DNA of 64,000 nt, taken from Octopus sinensis (Eukaryota). This document shows, in pieces, positions 12,367 to 24,964 of this stretch (positions within the stretch are counted from its first letter, which is position 1; every line of letters begins with the position of its first letter). Both the position numbers and the translations under genes were made by a program. The notes under the pieces were generated by a model. That model was not told where the DNA came from and ran no database searches. It worked only from the letters and a program-made list of their open reading frames with translations. The stretch covers positions 25,792,001-25,856,000 of the forward strand of contig NC_043000.1 in NCBI RefSeq assembly GCF_006345805.1, given 5' to 3'.

Positions 12367-14230
12367 CATCCCATGGGTGTCGCCCCTGTCAGCAGCTGAC
12401 TGGATACTCTGACAGATTTCCTGCCAATACCTATTTGCACAGCATCTGGCTGTCAGTTGGGTTTTATTTCGTGCCTTTCTGAGTTCTTCGAGTGACTTTG
12501 TAGAAGAGTCACTCTTGTATTGCACCAGAGCTGCACGCTTTGCTTCGATAACTGGCTCCAGCTCTGAGAGCCCAGCATTGAACCAATCTGGGTTTTGCCT
12601 TTCTCTCATGCCGAAAGTATCCAATGATGTCGTATACAAGGCTTCCCTGATATAGTCCCACCTACTTTCAGCAGAGGAGGTTGGGCAGCTACTGAGGGCA
12701 ACCTTGATAGAAGCAGCAAAACATTTTCGCAGTGTAGGGTCCGAGGTTCTGGCGGTGTTGATGCGTGGTCGGCCCACTTTCTTGGAGCGATGGACTTTTT
12801 TAGGGAGAATCCTCACCCTGCTTCTAATTAGTGAGTGGTCTGTGTCACAATCCGCACTGTGGTAACTGCGGGTCAATAGAGTGGAACTCAGAAAGGATCT
12901 CCGTGTAATGATGAGATCCAGCTGATGCCAGTGATGAGATCTTGGATGTCTCCAGGATGCCTTGTGGGATGGCTTGCTGGTGAAGAATGTGTTTGTGATG
13001 CACAGGTTGTGGTATGTGCAGAATTCGAGTAGTCTCTGACCATTGTCATTCATGTTGCCAATACCAAAGTGTCCAACACAAATGGGCCACGAATCATGGT
13101 CAGATCCCACGCGAGCGTTAAAATCCCCTAGAAGGTAGATATTTTCAGTCGTTGGTATATTTTCTAGGACACAGTTGAGATCTTTGTAGAACTGGTCCTT
13201 GGTCTCCTCTGAGCTGTAGAGAGTGGGAGCATAGATGCTGAGTAGATGTACTGAGCCAGAAGAAGTCGAGAGGCGCAGTGAGAGGATACACTCAGTGCCT
13301 CCCGATGGTGGTTCTATTGAGGAGAGTAGTGAGTTTCTCACTGCAAAGCCAACGCCATGTTGATGAGGTTCTTCTGGATCTCTTCCCTGCCAAAAGAAGG
13401 TGAAGTCCTGCTCTTTGAGTCTGCCGTTTGAGGAAGTCTTGTCTCCTGCAGCCCAGCAATATCTATGTTGAGCCTCTTTAGTTCACGGTCAATGATGGCC
13501 GTTTTCCTTGTGTCTTCAATACTGAGAAGATCGTCAGATATTCCAGGACACATGGTCCTGACATTCCAGCTTGCCAACTGCAGAACTGGTGTTTTCTTGA
13601 ATTTTAGTTGCTTGCCTGGTGCAGAGGTTGCAGGCCGCTTTTCGAGTCGTACTCTTAGCTCCAAGCACCCAATGGAACAGGCGGCTTGTGGCGGGTCAGC
13701 ACCTTATTAACTGGGGGCTGCCCAGCTTGAGGTGGGCAGTAGCTAACCAATAGGACATGGAAGTCCCTCCCACCGGCAGAGGTAACCCGTAGCGTCCATA
13801 TTTTACGCCAATCTGAATGGACTTATCACTCGTAACTGTTACCTCCCGTGTTGTTTCTGCAGCTTTTTACAGCAGCACTGAAGTGTCCTCTCCAGTTTTG
13901 CGCAGGCCTGGGCTATAGATAAGAAAGTCCTGGGTAGCCCAATCGCCAGGTTTCCTCTCTCGACCTTGCTGATGTAGTCCAGTGGAGTGCAGTGCATTAC
14001 GTTTGGCACCAGCTTGGTTGCAGGAGCTGCCGGAAGAGTGTCGAATCGAACACTAGACCGCCTTCGGGGCTCCACTCCGGATTTCATTGAAGGTTGTCTC
14101 CTTTCCGTAACCCTGGATAGGGGCCCATACCGGGTACTGTCAGCCGGAGCCAGCTGAGCCCGGAACTCGTGTCAGGCAGGGTCGTCACTCCCTGAAGTAG
14201 TGAAGAAGTTCGCTACCCACTACCTTTTCA
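12367..14230 (-). mobile_element. 5' half (5' UTR plus AP endonuclease) of an RTE/BovB-like LINE, inverted relative to its 3' half
   Basis: APE motifs LASWNVRTM, IAGLQETRL, SIYAPT, LLGDFNARVG, LDLII, DTDHSLI, with one frameshift near 13340. The 5' boundary is approximate. Confidence 0.9.
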
Positions 14231-14430
14231 AGTAATGTTAAATTATTATTACGTTTTTTTTTTTTTTTTTTTCCCTATGTTAAATTTCAACCACTAATAT
14301 TCACCATCATCATCAGCAGCAGCAGTTGTAGTAGAAGCAGCAATATCACTAGGAGGGAAGTGGGAAGGGGAGAGAATAGAGAGATATCCGGTATTGGTGG
14401 TGGGGGTGGGGGTGGGTTTGGGCGGGCACA

Positions 14431-14875
14431 CAGCGAACAGGTCAGCCGGAATTTAGGGAGAATTAACGAAATTCTAATAGGTTGTTAGCGATGAGATCAT
14501 TTAAAACTGTCAGTCCTAACGTAGTAGAGATGGAGAAAAAAGAAAAAAGGAGCAAAAATATTCTTAGCTTTGCGTATCGTCATCGTGTGGCAGAATGAAA
14601 ATAAAAATGACCAGCGAACAGGTCAGCCGGAATTTAGGGAGAATTAACGAAATTCTAATAGGTTGTTAGCAATGAGATCATTTAAAACTGTCAGTCCTAA
14701 CGTAGTAGAGATGGAGAAAAAAGAAAAAAGGAGCAAAAATATTCTTAGCTTTGCGTATCGTCATCGTGTGGCAGAATGAAAATAAAAATGACCAGCGAAC
14801 AGGTCAGCCGGAATTTAGGGAGAATTAACGAAATTCTAATAGGTTGTTAGCGATGAGATCATTTAAAACTGTCAG
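14431..14875. repeat. Tandem repeat, 181-bp unit, about 2.5 copies
   Basis: CAGCGAACAGGTCAGCCGG starts at 14431, 14612 and 14793; copies nearly identical. Confidence 0.95.
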
Positions 14876-14881
14876 CATACA

Positions 14882-16920
14882 GGATGTATGCTGGTTTGAA
14901 GAAGGCCCTCGGTCCATCCGCAACCAAGTCAGCCCCTCTGAAATCAACTACTGGAGATCTCATCAGGGATCAAGGCAAGCAAATGGATAGATGGGTGGAG
15001 CACTACCAGGATCTCTACTCACGGGAGACCACAGTGGCTGAGGCTGCAGTCGAGAGTGTCAAGATCTTGCCAGTCATGTGCGAACTTGACAGTCTGCCAT
15101 CTATAGCAGAGCTCACCAAGGCTGTTGACTCCCTAGCAAGAAATAAGGCTCCGGGAAAAGACGGCATCCCCTCAGAGATCATCAAAACCGGCAAAAACAC
15201 CATCCTGCTTCGGCACCTTCATGAGCTTCTGTGTCAGTGCTGGGAAGAGGGTACAGTCCCTCAGGATATGCGGGATGCCAACATCATTATGCTCTACAAA
15301 AACAAAGGTGACCGTGGTGATTGTAACAATTACCGTGGTATATCCCTTCTAAGCACTGTTGGAAAGACCTTTGCCCGCGTTATCCTGGCCAGGCTACAAC
15401 TACTTGCTTCTCGAATCTATCCGGAATCGCAGTGTGGCTTTAGAAGAAGCAGATCAACTATCGATATGATATTCTCCATACGCCAACTTCAGGAGAAGTC
15501 CAGAGAGCAGAAAATGCCATTATATATGGCCTTCATTGATCTAACAAAGGCTTTTGACTCGGTAAGCAGAACAGGCCTCTTCCTCCTGCTCCAAAAAATC
15601 GGATGTCCACCAAAGCTGCTGAGGATCATCAAGTCTTTCCATGATGACATGCAAGGCACCATACAGCACAACGGTTCAACATCAGCCGCCTTCCAAATAA
15701 AAAACGGGTAAGCAAGGCTGTGTCCTCGCTCCTACATTGTTTGGCATCTTCTTCTCACTCTTGCTGTCACATGCCTTTCAGACATCAGATGATGGAGTGT
15801 TTCTGCACAGTAGAAGTGACGGGAAACTGTTCAATCTCTCGCGCCTGCGTGCCAAGACCAAAATCAGAAACGTCCTGATCAAGGAGATGTTATTTGCTGA
15901 TGATGCCGCTCTGGTAACACACACAGAAGAAGCCCTCCAAAGGCTCATTAACTGTTTTGAGCAAGCATGTAACGACTTTGGCTTAGCTATCAGCCTTAAG
16001 AAGACCAACATCATGGGCCAGGCTACATCGGACATCCCAAACATACATATTGGAGACCACAGATTACAAGAGGTGGAGAAGTTTACCTATCTGGGCTCTA
16101 CCGTCACCTACAACCTATCCCTTGACGCTGAGCTCAATATACGCATTGGCAAGGCAGCTGCTGCGATGGCCCAACTCTCCAAACGGGCTTGGGACAACAA
16201 TAAGCTGACCAAGACTACAAAAATGAAGATCTACCAGGCATGTGTACTCAGCACTCTACTGTATGGAAGCGAGACCTGGACGCTATACACACGCCAAGAG
16301 CGTCGCCTAAACATCTTTCACCTGCGCTGCCTCCGAAAAATCCTCCACATCAAATAGCAGAATCATATCCCCAACAAAGATGTCCTCAGGCAAGCAGGAA
16401 TACCAAGCATGTTTGCACTCCTCACACAAAGACGTATGAGATGGCTTGGGCATGTTAGCCGTATGAAAGATGGCAGAATCCCCAAGGACATACTCTACGG
16501 AGAGCTTGCTAGGGGTACTAGGTCTGTGGGTAGACCGATCTTGCGTTACAAGGATGTTTGCAAAAGGGATATGAAGGCCTGCAACATCAACATTAGCGGT
16601 TGGGAGGCAGTCGCCGGCAACCGTGAGAATGGCGACGTACAGAAAAAGAGGGTATACAGAGGAGTGACAGAAAGAGAGAGGAGAAATGGAAAGAAAGGAA
16701 GAGACATAAACAAGAGACCATGGCACTACAATCAGCCAGGAACAATCTTCGCTACATTTGCAGTACCTGCCAGAGGGAGTGTTTTTCCAGGATAGGACTA
16801 CACAGCCACAGCAAGAAATGTAACAGGAAATAAAATATAACAGCCGGACTAGACCTAGAAAAAAAAAAAAAAAAAAATGCGCAACTCCATTGTCTCCCCG
16901 AGACAGAAAGGATGCCAAAC
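14882..16920 (+). mobile_element. 3' half (reverse transcriptase plus 3' UTR) of the same RTE/BovB-like LINE, disabled
   Basis: RT motifs KAPGKDGIP, NNYRGISLL, PESQCGFR, AFIDLTKAFD, LFADDAAL, FTYLGS; frameshift near 15710 and in-frame TAG at 16355-16357. Confidence 0.92.
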
Positions 16921-16954
16921 AATATATATATACATACATTCACACACACACATG

Positions 16955-17020
<66 letters not shown>

Positions 17021-17023
<3 letters not shown>

Positions 17024-17993
17024 CTACCCTAATTTAACATGATTAACTAACACTCTGATGCTCCCAACTAAATCAAAACCACATTAATCAAATTAAATAA
17101 TCAATGGAATTAATTATAATTAATTCTAAAAATAGATAATAAAAACAGCAATTTGGAATTTAAAATAAATCATTTATTTTTAACTAAAACTCATCATAAA
17201 CCTAATGAATAGTTTTATCGTTTTAAATCTCAACATATATTTTGCACTAACGAGCAATGTGGTTACCTCAACTTGGGTGAATGAACGTACTCCAGTTGAC
17301 ATGTTGGTATGTCATTTTTAAACTGAAGTAATTAAATATATATAGTGTAAATTGGGGATGGTTTCAATAAATTTAATTACAGTAATTAAAACTGCATTGA
17401 TCAGATCAAGCCGTGTTCTTCAATATTGCATTAAGCAAGGGATACTTCTGCATATATGTGTGTGTGTGTGTGTGTGTGAATATATATATATATATATATA
17501 TAATATATATATATATATAATATATATATATATAGCTACCCTAATTTAACATGATTAACTAACACTCTGATGCTCCCAACTAAATCAAAACCACATTAAT
17601 CAAATTAAATAATCAATGGAATTAATTATAATTAATTCTAAAAATAGATAATAAAAACAGCAATTTGGAATTTAAAATAAATCATTTATTTTTTAACTAA
17701 AACTCATCATAAACCTAATGAATAGTTTTATCGTTTTAAATCTCAACATATATTTTGCACTAACGAGCAATGTGGTTACCTCAACTTGGGTGAATGAACG
17801 TACTCCAGTTGACATGTTGGTATGTCATTTTTAAACTGAAGTAATTAAATTATATATAGTGTAAATTGGGGATGGTTTCAATAAATTTAATTACAGTAAT
17901 TAAAACTGCATTGATCAGATCAAGCCGTGTTCTTCAATATTGCATTAAGCAAGGGATACTTCTGCATATATGTGTGTGTGTGTGTGTGTGTGA

Positions 17994-18028
<35 letters not shown>

Positions 18029-18029
18029 A
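17021..18029. repeat. Direct duplication, 512-bp period, near-identical copies
   Basis: TAGCTACCCTAATTTAAC starts at 17021 and 17533; each copy ends in (TG)n(TA)n. Confidence 0.9.
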
Positions 18030-18413
18030 CTAGCAGTATCGCCCAGTGTTGCTCAGGTTCATTTCAACCCTTTAGAATTGGAATTTTTGAAAAGTAAAAA
18101 TTTTGCATTATATAGCTTGTTATTCTCTTTAAGTGAACATTTTCTGGTTGAAATACACTGGAAAATGATGATACAGCAGTCAAAGAATCGTAAAAAATAG
18201 GTATTTTCATAGAAAAAAGCACCTTTTTGATGTAAATAATTTTTGGTCTTAACATGGTCCGATTTGAGTCTTTTCTTCTACAGAAGGAAGAGCAAGCCTT
18301 CTTCTATGATACTCTCAATTTTGGTCAACTTGCGCCACAGGGTCTCGGAGGAGATTGTGTTAGTTGAAGGCTACCAAGCCTGCCATACACAGACAACTTC
18401 AGCTTTATATATA
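18030..18413 (-). mobile_element. Non-autonomous Helitron
   Basis: Minus-strand 3' end CTGAGCAACACTGGGCGATACTGCTAG|T matches the end of 59432-59815; 5' end TATATAAAGCTGAAGTTGTCTGTG. Confidence 0.7.
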
Positions 18414-18419
18414 TACTAG

Positions 18420-18492
18420 CTGACCCCGGTCAAACTGTCCAACCCGTGCTAGCACGGAAAACGGACGTTAAACGATGATGATGATGATGATG
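18420..18492 (+). mobile_element. Very short RTE 3' end with (GAT)n tail
   Basis: GACCCCGGTCAAACTGTCCAACCCGTGCTAGCACGGAAAACGGACGTTAAACGATGATG. Confidence 0.8.
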
Positions 18493-18494
18493 AT

Positions 18495-19289
18495 TCTCCC
18501 TCCTTTCTCTCTCACTTTCCCACTCTGTTACTCTTCCTTTCTCTTGGACTCTCCCTCGCTTTCTCTTACTCTCTATCTTTATCTATCTCTCTCCCATTTA
18601 TAAACAACAAAAGATCTTGAGTAAGTTGAGAAATAAAATATTCAGAAAGATCAATCATAAATATCAGGCAGTAACAACGGAAAGGTCTGCTTCAAGGCAG
18701 ACAGCAAAACACTAACATTTAAAAGGGACAGACGAACTTGCGAGCTGAATAAAAATAATAAGATATTGGAAACCAAAGTTTGAAGGGATAGAATTCGAGG
18801 ATAGTAGAGTCACCATTGCTGGCATTTCTTAACGACGGACAGCAACGTATTGACAGTTTAACGGCTGGCGTAAAATTTTGAACTTGCTGTAAAAGAAAAT
18901 CCCTAAACACCAAGTTTTGAATTGATTCTTTCTCACGACAGTAGACTCACCATGGCAAGCATTCAAAACTTCTTCATCATGGACGGCAACCCATTGACGA
19001 TTAAAAGGCTGGCGCAAATTTTTTAGCTTGATGTAACAGAGAATTGCTAAACACCTGCTCCTTTAAATTTTAATCCCCTTCAAGCCCCATTTAGACCCCT
19101 TTTCACATTTTGGTTAATATAACCCGATTTCATTCGGATCTACTGGGGCCACATTTTATAAGATGAGGAATTTTGTCCTAGAGGTCACGCCTTTCATTTG
19201 AGGAAAAAAATAGTTGTCAGGCAAACTTGCCAGCACTTTTAACATAGGTGTGCATATTTTCAGCTCAACCGACCACATAATGCACACAT

Positions 19290-19348
<59 letters not shown>

Positions 19349-20104
19349 TGGAGTCTCTCTCATATGTCAGCGTTGACGCTGAATTCGACTGGTAAGCAGG
19401 TAACCTTGTCTTTGTTGAAATAGTTGTGAGCTGCTGGAGTTATTTCTCTGACAGGTAATAAGAATTTCCATATCCTCCAAGGAAACGAACTGTTGACCCA
19501 GACAATTAGAATTAATTTTAATAAAAGCATCAATTTAAGAAAAAATAATAAAGTAGTAAGAAATGAAAATTTAGCACGAAAAATTTGCAGGGTTCTAAAT
19601 AAATGTTAAAATGTAATAGATACGAAAAACCTATGTTATCACCAGAACATGAACGCTCGTTGGTGTGTTCTGTTTGTATTTGGTCGATCGGCGCATTGAC
19701 AGGTAGACAATAGAATGCGATGGCGATGGCGATGGAATATTTGTTTCTCTCTATGAATGCAGACAGATACATAAGTGAAAGTTATGGGAAGGTAAGAAAT
19801 AGAGTGAGTGAAAATGTGCTGGGAATAGAGGAAATAGCGAGAGTGAGTTGAGGAAGACAGATACATTAAATATCGGGAGTGGAATTGTCAAAGTTATAAA
19901 TGAAGGGGAGTTAGTGGGGAATGGAGGAAATAGCGTGAGTGAGAAAGATGGCCCCTAGCAACCACACCTTTTAAGATAGGGAATTCTAAGGTAGCCCACA
20001 GGCATCGTCACCTCATTTTACATGTCCCTGTAAATTTTGGAGCGAATAGTGGCATTGAAAGCGATCCAAACGGTAAAAACTCATTTCAGTTTTATATAGA
20101 GAGA
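18495..20104 (-). mobile_element. Possible old Helitron-like remnant
   Basis: Minus-strand A|TCTCTCTATATAAAACTG at 20104 resembles the Helitron 5' ends in this window; 3' end not defined. Confidence 0.3.
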
Positions 20105-20247
20105 TAAACATTAGAATATAAAAATTAATGCTTATTTTACTGTAATTACTAGAAAATGTGACAGGATCTTCTTGCCAACCTCATATATATGTGTGTGTAT
20201 ACACACACACACACATTATATACATACATATATATATATATATATAT

Positions 20248-20449
20248 GTAGGTCCCGGGTTGATTCGGGTTACCACAGTAAATAAGGTACTCAATACATA
20301 GCAGAGTAAAATAATTTATTATATAGAAAGAGCTTCTAATGCTAGAACTGTTTCATTCAAGAGAAATCTTCAGGAAGCACTGAGCTTCCTGAAGATTTCT
20401 CTTGATGAAACAGTTCTAGTCCTGTAGAAGCTCCTTCTATATAATAAAT
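20248..20449. mobile_element. Penelope-type foldback element with a hammerhead (plus strand, 20382-20433)
   Basis: Inverted repeat 20314-20449; same family and same 60-bp one-sided flank as 42787-43060. Confidence 0.75.
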
Positions 20450-20509
20450 ATATATATATATATATATCTAGTATTACAGTAAAATAAGCATTAATTTTTA
20501 TATTCTAAT

Positions 20510-21060
20510 GCTTTTTTCCTTTCTTTTGCAAATTACTTTATACCATAATGGCTAAATTTGTATCGATTTTACCTATTTAAAATGAGTTTAGATTCTACCC
20601 TTATCAGACACTGCAAATAGTAAGAAGTCAAAAGGAACTCTTCAGCAATGGAAGAGGCAAGAAATATTCATTCTCTTTATGGAAATGAATATTTAACGTA
20701 CAAATATTCCCATTGGCCAGTTTTGCTCAGGAAGTTTACTCTTGCGAACTCCCTTCCATCTGGACAACTAAATTCTGTCAATATTGTGCTTTTGAAAACT
20801 GTGATTAGACATATTCAAAATGAAGTTCTTGAGAATTAGCAAAACAGTTCAATTCATGTTACACTTTGATCATAAAACTCCTTCATAAACTATGAAAAGT
20901 GTTTAAACTTGGTCAGTGGGTCCCTCATCATTTGCCTACCTCCCAGCTTAATTAAGGAGTTGTTCTTTGTGCAGTATTGAAGAGTAGACTTGTTCCAAAC
21001 CATTTCAATAGAAAATTATACCAAGAGGGTTCTTAATCATATCCAACAAAAATTACCAAG
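20510..21060 (+). pseudogene. Highly decayed mariner transposase remnant
   Basis: EARNIHSLYGNE HTH-like region and QWVPHHL (WVPHEL motif) at 20914-20934. Confidence 0.6.
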
Positions 21061-21770
21061 ATTAGCACCTTATGAAACAAGAGAATCTATCTGAAACCAA
21101 GATTACACCCCAAAAAACTTATGCTCTGTGTTTGGTGAGATATGCAGGGTCTTGGCAATCACACAACATTAAACTAAAACAAATTTACTACCAAGATTTT
21201 TGTCAAGAGGTTATGAAGGAAGACACTTGACCAAAGTGTCATGCAATGGAATTGAAAATGATATCGTGAGGTTGCAAAGAAAAACTCTTAATCTCTTTTG
21301 TCAACCTGATGTTACGGGAAAAACGCTTACCGAAAGTGCCATGAGATTGAACCCCAAATCATAAGGCTGCAAAACGAGGTCATTAACCGCACAACCATAC
21401 ATGCACCTATTTGAATGCACCGCAGTAGCATCTTAACCCCCTCCACTGCACCATTCTCCAATCAGTATTGAGCAAATGGAGTTTCACATGTAGCAACCCT
21501 TGACATTTTCGTAATTGCTTTTATTGAACATAAGATGGAATAAATGCAGCATTCTGAGAGAATGGAAATTATTGATGTTTTATATACTGATACTAGCAAA
21601 TAACCTCTGCTCAAATACACAAACACACATAAATATGCTCACACACACACATATGTGTATGTATATATACATATACACACACACACACACATACATACAT
21701 ATAGGTACATAAGTTTGTCTGAGTGTAATATACATTATATATGTGTGTGTGTGTGTGTATATATACACAC

Positions 21771-21814
<44 letters not shown>

Positions 21815-23959
21815 ACAAATATATGTACATGCTTGTGAATGTGTGTGTGTATATACATGCATATAATATATATATATATATATATAGATATATAGACACA
21901 CACACACACATACACAGACCACACTCACTCAGACACATTTGAATGCATGTTCAGACATTTATCTAAATACATTCATACATATGTAGCTACACACACACAC
22001 TTATACATGTGTATAGATGTGTTTGTGAGTGTGAATATATATACATATGCATGCACACACACAGATATATATATATATATACATTTATAAACATACGCAA
22101 ATGTGTAACAATGGAAATGCATCAGTCAAGATTTATACCAAACGGATCGTTTTTGTCTAAAAGTCTTTAGGTTATCATATTTCACAATATATTCTGTTTA
22201 CACTGGCAGTTTGGAATTAAAGATCTTGGTGTGTGTTTGTGTGTCTGTGTTTGTCCCCCTAGCATCGCTTGACAACCGATGCTGGTGTGTTTATGTCCCC
22301 GTTAATTAACGGTTCGGCAAAAGAGACCGATAGAATAAGTACTGGGCTTACAAAAGAATAAGTCCCGGGGTCGAGTTGCTCGATTAAAGGCGGTGCTCCA
22401 GCATGGCTGCAGTCAAATGACTGAAACAAGTAAAAGAGTAAAAGAGTACACACACACACACACATTCAAAAACATAAACACGTACGCACATATACATGCA
22501 CATACACACATTACATACATAAGCACATGTATACGTAAACACATTCATACACATACATATGCACACATATACACACATGCACACATACACACATTCAAAA
22601 ACACAGACACATACACACATATACATGCACATACACACATACAAACACATACACACACAGACACATGCATACATATCCACACGTATATATAACACATTCA
22701 CACACATACATATACACACATACACAAGCATGCACATATACCATACACTTATTTAACGAAATACTCACACACATACAGTCATATACACATACAGACACAC
22801 ACACACACATACACATACACACACACACGTACACATAGACCACATTTATACTTGGATATACTCACACAGTCGAACTTTATCTGGAATTATAGATCTTGGA
22901 AACACACTAATACACATACACATGCATACACACACACAGATATGCATACACGCACATGCATACATACATAAACACATACACACATGAAAACAGATGCTCA
23001 CACAGACACACACATGAACACAAGCATACAGAGACAGCTATTGAACTTTGAAATTAAAGTTCTTGGCACGGCACACACACACGCACATATGCACACACAC
23101 ACACGTATACACACACATACACAACTATATACACACACAGTGACATACATACACATGCACAGGCACACACACACACACACAGATGGTTGTTGCTTTCTTA
23201 CAGTTGCTGTGATGATTATCTTCTTTTTCATTTGTGGGTCCAAACATGACCATCCATACAAATTCTGTTCAACAGGCATGGCTGTGTGGTAAGAAGCTGT
23301 GCTTCCCAACCACATGGTTCTGGGTTCAGTCTCGCTACATGACCCTTGAGCAAGTGTCTTCTACTATAGTCTCAAGCCAACCAAAGCCTTGCGAGTAGCT
23401 TTGGTAATTGGAAACTGAACGAAGCCCATCATATATGTATGCCTGTGTTTGTCCACCACCACCACCACTGCCACCACCACTTGGCAACTGGTGTTGATGT
23501 GCTTATGTCCACATAACTTAGCAGTTTGACAAAAGCAGATCGATAGAATAAGTACCAGGCTTTAAAAAATGTATTTGGGTTGATACAATTGACTATAAAT
23601 TCTTTGAGGCAGTGCCCCAGCATGGCCACAGTCTAATGACTGAAAGAAGACAAAGATGAAAAAATAAAAGATGACCTTCCATACTAATCCCCAATACACA
23701 GCTTCAGTCACAGATTGAACCCATGAATATTGAAAATAATCCTTTCTATTATAGGCACAAGGCCTGAAATTTGCAGGAGGGGGAGGTAAGTTGATTACAT
23801 CGACCCCGATGCATAACTGGTACTTATTTAATTGACCCCAAAAGGATGAAAGATTAAGTCGACCCTGGCGGAATTTGAACTCAGAATGTAGCGATGGGTG
23901 AAATACCACTAAGCATCTCGTCCAGTGCGCTAACTATTCTGCCACCTCACTGCCTTTGA

Positions 23960-24560
23960 ATCATCATCATCATCATTGTTTAACGTCCGTTTTCCATGCT
24001 GGCATGGGTCGGATTGTTTGACTGGGGACTGGCAAATAAGGAGGCCTCACCGGGCTCCAATTTGATCTGGCAATGTTTCTACAGCTGGATGTTTCTACAA
24101 CTCTTCCTAATGCCAACCGCTCAGTGAGTGTAGTGGGTGCTTTTTACATACCACCAGCATGGGAGCCAGTCAGGTGGCACTGGCATCAGCCACGTTTGGA
24201 TGGTGGTTTTTATGTGCTACCAGCACAGGAGCCAGTCGGGGTGAGGGTGCTGGTTTCAACCACATTTGGATGGTGCTTTTTACATGCCACCAGTACAGGA
24301 GCCAGTCAGGTGGAACTGGCATGGGCCACGTTCAGATGGTGCTTTTTATGTGCTACCGGCACAGGAACCAATCAGGGTGGGTGGGGCTGGCATCGCCCAC
24401 ATTTGGATGGTGCTTTTTACATGCCACTGACATGGGAGCCAGTCGGGTGGCCCTGGCATTGGCCACAACTACAATTTCCATTTGATTGTGATTTGATTTT
24501 TGATTTTGATTTTACTTGTCTTAATAGGTCTCCTCAAGCACAGGATGTCGCCCGATGATT
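23960..24560 (-). mobile_element. RTE 3' UTR with expanded internal units
   Basis: (CAT)n tail; GGTGCTTTTTAC/T-type unit repeated about six times. Confidence 0.8.
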
Positions 24561-24964
24561 CAAATTGTAAATAATGCAGAGGTGTTGTATTACTCAGAGT
24601 ACAAGTCTCTTTTGCTTAATTTTACTCCTGGTAGCACTGAGTTCATTTCTCCTCAAAATTTCCAAATCCTTTCCATCAATGACATCCCCAACGTAAACAT
24701 CAGGTAATGATGCCTTTCAATGCTGCTCCTTTTCAAAATAGTCTTCAGTTGATTGTGGAGTTACTTCTTTGGAACTGCAGATAAGTATTAAACCTGGTGT
24801 AAGTGGACATGGACAATCTTGCAGAAGAGCTACGAATCCAAGAGGATCTCTAAATATCTACGCCTGTGGTTTTCAACCCCTTTTTTACCTATGGATCCCT
24901 TTGATTTCTATTCTACTCAGGAGAACCTCCATAGCCATTTGATGCTCAAAAAATCCTATTATAT

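Noticed and set aside
24560-24860. Protein-like minus-strand frame (RDPLGF...LRRNELSATRSKIKQ)
   Set aside because: Internal stop and no clear splice pair; at best a faint LINE remnant I cannot assign.
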